This document shows, one piece after another, positions 47,608 to 53,537 of a stretch of DNA of 53,537 nt (the first letter of the stretch is position 1; each line of letters starts with the position of its first letter). Made by a program: the position numbers and the translations under genes. Under the pieces are notes generated by a model. It searched no databases. It was not told the origin of the DNA and worked only from the letters and a program-made list of their open reading frames with translations. This DNA comes from a virus (lineage: Duplodnaviria > Caudoviricetes). The stretch covers positions 1-53,537 of IMG/VR virus record IMGVR_UViG_3300009467_000020, one strand, 5' to 3'.

Positions 47608-49316
47608 GGCATAATCTCATTTACTATTGAATCAGACACGTGAGGTATAAAGCATCCTGATTTAGGTTCCCATGTAAAATTAGCTTCAGCACCGTTCTCT
47701 CCTAAGTTTTGAAACTTAACCTTAAGAACCTTAGCCTTGACAGTCTTAGCATCGTAGTCTCTGTGAACTAGTATACCGTGGTAGCTTGCATCATACCATT
47801 CACCGCCACCTTTAATATTATACATAGTAGGCTCTTCAATTTTTCCGTCTTTGTCTTTATACATTTTAGTAGGGTGAGCAACTATGAATACTAGTACATC
47901 ATACTTCTTTGCAAAAGATTCTATCTTAGTTAAATACTCCATAGTATATCGATTTACATCTTCAGTCTTGCAATCAACATCTCTTACCTTATTAAATGGA
48001 TCAATTACAAGGCATTTAATACCTTTACGCTTGACCAGCTCAGCGCCTTTACGTAGTACAGACTCTAAGGTATATCGTTCCATGTCTATATGAAAGTAAC
48101 TACTATTGCAATGATCAGCTATAGTATTCCATTGGTCTCCATCTATATCTTCTTTAGTAGGCATACCCTGCCATGTCTTACGCATTAGCTTATGTGCATG
48201 TAGATATGTTGGTGCGTTCTCTGGAGATGCAAAGGCAGTCTTCCAGCCATAATTCTTATTATAACCAACAACCATTTGGTCTACGAAGTCTGATTTACCA
48301 GATGAAGGTATACCAGTAACAGTTATAAACTGACCTGTATACGTAGAGAATATATTATCAAAGTTTTCTAATCCAATTTGAAACCCTTTTTTAAATCCAT
48401 TCCTAACGAAGTCAGTAACTTCATCTTCTATATCTCTAAATGTTGTAACGTTTTCTAGTGGAACTGGCTTTGATCCATTTATTCTACTGCTAAGTTTTTC
48501 TTTACCATATTTAATTAAGTATTCGTTTGCATCTTTACAGTCGTCAAACGTAGCAATGTAGCATACCTCAGCACCTAGCCTTCTAACTAGTTCTCTTTGA
48601 AGTGCTTGGCCAGCAGGATCAGAGTCAACTGCTAATATAATTTTCTCTTTATCCTCAAGATAATCAATACAATTATCTAAGTAGTCTAAGTTATTAGTGT
48701 TTAATGTTGCTCCATTTGGAACTGAAATCGCATTTTTAATTCCGGCCTCATGAAGTGCAAGCACATCCATTTCACCTTCAACAATAATACAGTTATTATA
48801 TCCTACAACACTATTAATATTATAGAATATCTTCTCAGCACCTTTATATAATTTAAAGTTTTTGCGACCGTCACGATACTTTATATTGATCAATTGATCA
48901 CCCATAAAGTAGTTGAACTGTATTGCATTTTCGTTCTTACCTGTTTGAGGCATAAACTCTTGACCTTCACTTACGTGTAGGTCTTTGAGTGTCTTACTAG
49001 ATATACCTCTGTCTGAGAACCATTCTTCAACTTTGGTTGTGTGTATTTTATTAGAAGCTATAGTTTGAGGTCTAGTATATACTTTTTCAGAAGCACCCTT
49101 ACGTTGGTAAGTATGTAGTTGAAAACTAGTATTACAGTTGTGACAAGTACCAAGACCGCGTTCCCAATCGTAGGAAGCGCATTTAGCTTTTTGATTTTTA
49201 TCTTTCCTATCGGAAGAACACAAGGGACAAGTCCCCTGTGTTTTACCTTCTTCTAAGGAATATATATTAAATTTATCTATTTGGAAACCATTTATTTCCG
49301 TAGTCTCTATCTGCAT
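47595..49316 (-). CDS. primase-helicase (T7 gp4/Twinkle-like)
   Basis: CPLC...CHNC zinc finger, TOPRIM EGEMD and DSDPAG, KDANE, Walker A GIPSSGKS, VIDP and VAHP. Confidence 0.93.
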   Translation of the reverse strand: MQIETTEINGFQIDKFNIYSLEEGKTQGTCPLCSSDRKDKNQKAKCASYDWERGLGTCHNCNTSFQLHTYQRKGASEKVYTRPQTIASNKIHTTKVEEWFSDRGISSKTLKDLHVSEGQEFMPQTGKNENAIQFNYFMGDQLINIKYRDGRKNFKLYKGAEKIFYNINSVVGYNNCIIVEGEMDVLALHEAGIKNAISVPNGATLNTNNLDYLDNCIDYLEDKEKIILAVDSDPAGQALQRELVRRLGAEVCYIATFDDCKDANEYLIKYGKEKLSSRINGSKPVPLENVTTFRDIEDEVTDFVRNGFKKGFQIGLENFDNIFSTYTGQFITVTGIPSSGKSDFVDQMVVGYNKNYGWKTAFASPENAPTYLHAHKLMRKTWQGMPTKEDIDGDQWNTIADHCNSSYFHIDMERYTLESVLRKGAELVKRKGIKCLVIDPFNKVRDVDCKTEDVNRYTMEYLTKIESFAKKYDVLVFIVAHPTKMYKDKDGKIEEPTMYNIKGGGEWYDASYHGILVHRDYDAKTVKAKVLKVKFQNLGENGAEANFTWEPKSGCFIPHVSDSIVNEIMPWEA

Positions 49317-49343
49317 AGGTATGTGTATTTAATTTAAGTTATT

Positions 49344-49661
49344 TTAAAACGGTAGATCATCGCTAGCTGCTGGTGCCGCTGCTGCAGTTGCTCGAGGAGC
49401 ATTGCTGTCTTCTCTAGGTGCTGCTGACACGTTATTACCATTTGTCCATACAACTTTAACGTTGCCTAAATAAACCTTACTAGCTTTAGCATCGCGCTCA
49501 TCTTTAGATTGCTCAACTATAACTGGTCCTTGATTACCATAGTTATCTAAATCATCATTCAATGTAATAACGATAGGTAGGTACGAACCTTTTTTTCCCT
49601 TATAGATCTTTTCTTTAGGGATGTCATTCAAATTAATGTTTGCCTTAATAATACTAGCCAT
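49344..49661 (-). CDS. putative single-stranded DNA-binding protein
   Basis: Short beta-rich core, Ala-rich linker and C-terminal DDLPF. Confidence 0.7.
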   Translation of the reverse strand: MASIIKANINLNDIPKEKIYKGKKGSYLPIVITLNDDLDNYGNQGPVIVEQSKDERDAKASKVYLGNVKVVWTNGNNVSAAPREDSNAPRATAAAAPAASDDLPF

Positions 49662-49681
49662 AATGTAATTGTGTTTGTGTA

Positions 49682-50416
49682 CTATAGAGTACGGTTAATA
49701 AAAAATTGTTTAGGATCAAAGTCCTTTGTTTTAAAAAATAATTGGTACTGAGCAACTGCTCTTTTAACCTTATCTGCTCCGCGAGCATAAAATTCAGGTG
49801 AACAGTCAAACAGACCTATTTGATTTGTGCTTTTGTCTATAACTATGAATATTAAGTCATAGCCAAACAACTTTCTGTATACATATGCCTGACTGTCATA
49901 GTTATACTTTGTCGCTGAGTATTTAAACTTAGCAATATCAGCTGTAGTTTTTAGATCAATAATTAACTTTTCATCGTGATTAATTATATCTGCCTTACCT
50001 TTCCATAGCTCACCCTCTATTTCTTTTATTCCTGGTACTTCGTATTCTACGTTAGCACCTCTTATTAGGTTTTTGCATACATCGTTAGACATAACAGTGT
50101 CAATCATTACTTCAAGCTTATCTACTTCACTTTTTAATAAGCACATCTCACCTCCAGATATTTCTTTATATATCTTTGTATTTCTAGTGCTTGCTTCAAT
50201 AATCTTAAACTTCTTAAGTTTATCAGGCTCTAAGATCGCTGTATGAAAATAACCACCAACTAAAAATGCTGGTATACTTTCTTGTGGCTCACGTAGTGAT
50301 AACGGATTTGTTAGTAATTTTGATATATCTGAATTGCTAAGATACTGTTTTCCAAACGAACCGTAATAATCTTCATCATTTTTTAACCTCTCAAGTTCTT
50401 TTTTATACTTAGTCAT
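49682..50416 (-). CDS. PD-(D/E)xK exonuclease (RecE/DUF3799-like)
   Basis: LSNS, G..FHTAILEP, KGKADI, IIDLKTT and YDSQAYVY. Confidence 0.85.
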   Translation of the reverse strand: MTKYKKELERLKNDEDYYGSFGKQYLSNSDISKLLTNPLSLREPQESIPAFLVGGYFHTAILEPDKLKKFKIIEASTRNTKIYKEISGGEMCLLKSEVDKLEVMIDTVMSNDVCKNLIRGANVEYEVPGIKEIEGELWKGKADIINHDEKLIIDLKTTADIAKFKYSATKYNYDSQAYVYRKLFGYDLIFIVIDKSTNQIGLFDCSPEFYARGADKVKRAVAQYQLFFKTKDFDPKQFFINRTL

Positions 50417-50417
50417 A

Positions 50418-50957
50418 TTACAATGTATTAAGTTCTGTTTCTATATCTTTAGAAAGCTTATACTTAGATTTTATAGCTGAAACCTTACCACCTGATTTTA
50501 TGTAATCAACTGCTTTATGATACGCAGGATCAGTTTTAGACGTCAGTGTAGTCTTTGCTGATGCTCCGTGATCATTACTAGCATCACTATCAGCTGTATC
50601 ATCTATTAAAAATAGATTACCAAGAGCATATTTCTTAGCATAAGATGATGCACTTCCAAATTGCTGAGGAGTTTGCATACCCTTTTGATTAAGATCAATA
50701 CCAACTACAGCTGTCGCATGTATAGCATCTACGCCATCACTTATTGTTGCTGTTGTTTCTAGTATAGGTATAGGCTCATAACTAACTAACTTTTCATTAA
50801 TAGTTACTGATACACCTAATTCTAATAAGAAGGGTTTTGTAGCTTCTAAAATATCTTCAGCACTTCTGAAGTAATACTTACCGAATGAGTTAAATCTACT
50901 TTTTTTTGATTTAAACTTTGTTTGAACTGTTGCCAGCTTTTCATTAATTTTACTCAT
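50418..50957 (-). CDS. ERF-family single-strand annealing protein
   Basis: NSFGKYYFRSAEDIL and GSASSYAKKYALGNLFLIDD..DSD. Confidence 0.9.
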   Translation of the reverse strand: MSKINEKLATVQTKFKSKKSRFNSFGKYYFRSAEDILEATKPFLLELGVSVTINEKLVSYEPIPILETTATISDGVDAIHATAVVGIDLNQKGMQTPQQFGSASSYAKKYALGNLFLIDDTADSDASNDHGASAKTTLTSKTDPAYHKAVDYIKSGGKVSAIKSKYKLSKDIETELNTL

Positions 50958-50976
50958 ATATATATAATTTAATTAT

Positions 50977-51732
50977 TTACAAATAATCGATCACTTGCGA
51001 ATGATCTACCTTTTCTATTAAAGATTCAACAGCTTGCTTTTTTAATTCAGAGACTCTTATATGATTACTAGTACCATTTAAGCCTAATATGCTAGCTATT
51101 TCTTTAGCAGAATGCTTTTCACAATCTAAGCCATAAGATAATCTTAATACCTCATACTCATTACCAGATAGATGTTTATTCATTATTCCAGTTAAATAAG
51201 AATTAAGTATTGCAATATTATATGGCTCAGAGTCGTCTATAATATTATGGTATAATGTTTCACCATTACCATCGGTAGTAACACTGTCAATGCTAAGGAA
51301 TATAGAATTAAAGAACATTTCAACCATTTTTTTATCATTAGGATTCTTACGCATTTCATTTCGTTTATGTTCGGGTATTTTTATATCCCCCCTATTGATG
51401 TCTATACGTCGTCTAATGGCCCCTTTTATTCGTTTTGATAAGAAGGACTTTAATGTCTTTTCGATGTCATCTGAATCATTTAAACGCCTATAGTCTATTT
51501 TGTCTACGGCTCTTACTAGAGCTTCTGCTCCTATTTGGATCAAGTCATTAATACTTAATACTCCAATAGATTGCTGTGACGTAGGAAACTTACGTGCTAA
51601 ATTTTCTACTAAAGGTAGAAACTTTACTATTAATTCATCTCTTTCATATTCCATCCATAACTTTGGATCTGGCATAGACTCTACTAAGTCTTTTTTATAC
51701 CGAATGTAATTTTGTACATTATAATTTTTCAT
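50977..51732 (-). CDS. phage sigma-70-family sigma factor
   Basis: Region 2 LPLVENLARKF...DLIQIG..ALVRAVDK; region 4 LSGNEYEVLRLSYGL...KEIASILG...RVSELKKQA. Confidence 0.85.
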   Translation of the reverse strand: MKNYNVQNYIRYKKDLVESMPDPKLWMEYERDELIVKFLPLVENLARKFPTSQQSIGVLSINDLIQIGAEALVRAVDKIDYRRLNDSDDIEKTLKSFLSKRIKGAIRRRIDINRGDIKIPEHKRNEMRKNPNDKKMVEMFFNSIFLSIDSVTTDGNGETLYHNIIDDSEPYNIAILNSYLTGIMNKHLSGNEYEVLRLSYGLDCEKHSAKEIASILGLNGTSNHIRVSELKKQAVESLIEKVDHSQVIDYL

Positions 51733-51744
51733 TTAGTAACATAA

Positions 51745-52380
51745 TTAAGTTTTGTCTGACCATAATTCTTGGTTCAACAATTCTTTTTCTTTTTTCAGTT
51801 CATTGCCTATGTTTCTATGAATGGTTCTGCTACTGCAACTAAGTAATCGTGCTAAAGCACTTATAGTTATTTTTTTACCATTGTCATTTATTTCTAACAT
51901 GCACTGATATATATCATCCTGATGAATACTTTTACTCCTACCTATCATCTTACCTACTATTTGTAGTTTTTGTTCTTTAGTAAGACCGCAGAAAGGTTTA
52001 AAAATTATCTTACGAAGTTTATTTTTAGGCTGTACTTCTAAATCGTACATGCTAACTTCGTATATCATATCTCTAAGAACTTGTTCAGATATTGTAAATG
52101 TAACAAATCCATTCATTTTATCAGAAATAAATTTTGATATACTCTCGAATACATCTTGATTAAGATCAGAGTTTAAATACCATATAACTAACATGTGCCA
52201 TTTCAATGATCTAAAAGTATTTATTTTAGCTTCATTCTTGAACAAGTCATAGCATTGGTATGTACCAAACTCATAATAATAACCCCAGTCAAAGACTTTT
52301 GTAGGTATATCAGTAGTAGGTAATCTTCTATAGATTATTCTATTATTGTTTAAGTATTCTATGTTTCTATTGTATGACAT
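51745..52380 (-). CDS. DNA-binding protein with C-terminal HTH (possible replication initiator or regulator)
   Basis: KITISALARLLSCSSRTIHRN HTH; start codon lies inside IR element copy 2. Confidence 0.7.
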   Translation of the reverse strand: MSYNRNIEYLNNNRIIYRRLPTTDIPTKVFDWGYYYEFGTYQCYDLFKNEAKINTFRSLKWHMLVIWYLNSDLNQDVFESISKFISDKMNGFVTFTISEQVLRDMIYEVSMYDLEVQPKNKLRKIIFKPFCGLTKEQKLQIVGKMIGRSKSIHQDDIYQCMLEINDNGKKITISALARLLSCSSRTIHRNIGNELKKEKELLNQELWSDKT

Positions 52381-52419
52381 AAGCCTGTTACTAGTCTATC
52401 TTAATATGCTATTGTCACA
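52373..52419 (-). repeat. 47-bp inverted-repeat element, copy 2
   Basis: Minus strand reads TGTGACAATAGCATATTAAGATAGACTAGTAACAGGCTTATGTCATA. Confidence 0.85.
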
Positions 52420-52576
52420 GTTTTAATAATTTTAGTCTCCTATTATATTTTTTAAATAAAAATATCTTATTAGAATCAACTTTTAATTCCAATGCGTCAT
52501 TTAGTATATTATACTTCAAGTCGTATACACGACACATCATATATCTAATGTGACTTCTAACTCTTTTATTTTTCAT
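52415..52576 (-). CDS. 53-aa basic protein (not in ORF track)
   Basis: MKNKRVRSHIRYMMCRVYDLKYNILNDALELKVDSNKIFLFKKYNRRLKLLKL; its TGA lies within TGTGACA. Confidence 0.6.
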   Translation of the reverse strand: MKNKRVRSHIRYMMCRVYDLKYNILNDALELKVDSNKIFLFKKYNRRLKLLKL

Positions 52577-52880
52577 TTTTTATTCTAATTTTTAATTCAG
52601 CAATGGTTTTTTGTATATCAGCAGCTAATTCATATTTTTCTGCATCAACTAGCTTTTGTTTTACATCATACAATGCTTGTACCCTGTCTTCTAGTTCTTG
52701 TATATTAGAATAATTATCTTCTACTTTTTCAGTATCTACTGAATCAAATCTTACTTCAAAATCACTATCTTTTTGTTTTTCTATTACAGTTTCTATAAAT
52801 TGATCATCAATCTCTTTTTGCATATCAACTAATGCATCTACAATCATTTTTGTCAACTTAACCATTTCTTTTTCAGTCAT
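52566..52880 (-). CDS. UVR (UvrB/UvrC motif) domain protein
   Basis: KQKLVDAEKYELAADIQKTIAEL. Confidence 0.7.
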   Translation of the reverse strand: MTEKEMVKLTKMIVDALVDMQKEIDDQFIETVIEKQKDSDFEVRFDSVDTEKVEDNYSNIQELEDRVQALYDVKQKLVDAEKYELAADIQKTIAELKIRIKNEK

Positions 52881-52881
52881 A

Positions 52882-53076
52882 TTACGATTTTATTAATTTT
52901 TTTAACTCTAAATTTAATTGTTCTGCTGCATAATTTATATGCTTTTGTGTAGTACGTGACCAATCACCTAATTGTTTTAAGTACTTGCCATCTATTATAG
53001 CCACACACGTATTGTAACTGTATATTTTATCATCATGTAGAACTAAATTAGTTCTGTATTTATCAAATCTTCTCAT
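52882..53076 (-). CDS. hypothetical protein
   Basis: IYSYNTCVA...WSRTTQKHINY, a small phage protein pattern. Confidence 0.7.
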   Translation of the reverse strand: MRRFDKYRTNLVLHDDKIYSYNTCVAIIDGKYLKQLGDWSRTTQKHINYAAEQLNLELKKLIKS

Positions 53077-53486
53077 ATTACATCTATTATTACATTACAT
53101 TCTTTTAATAACGTTAAACCATCAGTATTTTTATATACATCACTATATACTACTCTGATTATACCTGCTTGAATAATAAGCTTTGCACATTCCATACACG
53201 GTGACAACGTAGTGTATAGCACAGCACCACTACTAGATTGAGTAGACTGAGCTACTTTGGCTATTGCATTTGATTCTGCGTGTAGAACATGTGGCAATGT
53301 TAAGCCAGTAATTGTGTTTTCACATTTATTATCCATACCAGACGGAGTACCATTAAAACCAAAAGATAATATGTTGTTATTCTTAACAATAACGGATCCT
53401 ACAGCACGTCTGTGACTAACACTTAATAGGCTAATGTCATATGCGATAGCCATATAAGTCTTGTCTAATTTTTTTTGTCTAGCCAT
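53073..53486 (-). CDS. dCMP deaminase
   Basis: VGSVIV, GFNGTP, LHAESNAI and SPCMEC zinc motifs. Confidence 0.93.
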   Translation of the reverse strand: MARQKKLDKTYMAIAYDISLLSVSHRRAVGSVIVKNNNILSFGFNGTPSGMDNKCENTITGLTLPHVLHAESNAIAKVAQSTQSSSGAVLYTTLSPCMECAKLIIQAGIIRVVYSDVYKNTDGLTLLKECNVIIDVI

Positions 53487-53537
53487 TATTTATTAATTTC
53501 AAAATTAATATCGTTTTGAAGACGTATTTTGTTTGTA
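53486..53537 (-). CDS. 3' end of a gene truncated by the window edge
   Basis: Open frame TNKIRLQNDINFEINK with TAA overlapping the deaminase ATG. Confidence 0.45.
   Translation of the reverse strand, partial: TNKIRLQNDINFEINK

Noticed and set aside
1-53537. Stop-codon reassignment
   Set aside because: Genes are full length and tightly packed under the standard code; TAG and TGA end genes at sensible positions.
1-53537. tRNA genes and integrase
   Set aside because: No cloverleaf or recombinase motif recognised by eye; tRNAscan-SE was not run.

Overview
A 53.5-kb fragment of a lytic tailed phage, most likely a podovirus of marine Bacteroidota/Flavobacteriia (inferred from AT-rich sequence, A-rich leaders without Shine-Dalgarno sites, and gene content). 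Two gene arms converge on a bidirectional terminator at about 40.85 kb. The plus arm (1-40.8 kb) is late/structural: tail fibre and tandem LamG proteins, groEL-groES plus a second GroES-like gene, many small Lys-rich proteins, lysis genes, terminase, portal, scaffold, major capsid, tail proteins, a cupin and three ejection-type proteins including a 2549-aa polyvalent protein. The minus arm (40.9-53.5 kb) covers replication and nucleotide metabolism: class I nrdA/nrdB, a SET-domain protein, endonuclease I, MazG, a thymidylate-synthase-fold enzyme with the dCMP-type Asp, primase-helicase, SSB, exonuclease, ERF, a sigma factor, an HTH protein and dCMP deaminase. The most notable signals are: (1) two copies of a 47-bp TGTGACA..TGTCACA inverted-repeat element, one covering the start codon of the HTH gene, placed almost symmetrically about the convergence point; (2) an integron attC-like site and a cassette with complementary core ends next to nrdB; (3) a probable cytosine-modification or alternative thymidylate pathway; (4) a SET methyltransferase, a cupin and Lys-rich proteins sharing a G-x-x-M motif. 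All family calls come from motif reading and recall; no database searches were run.
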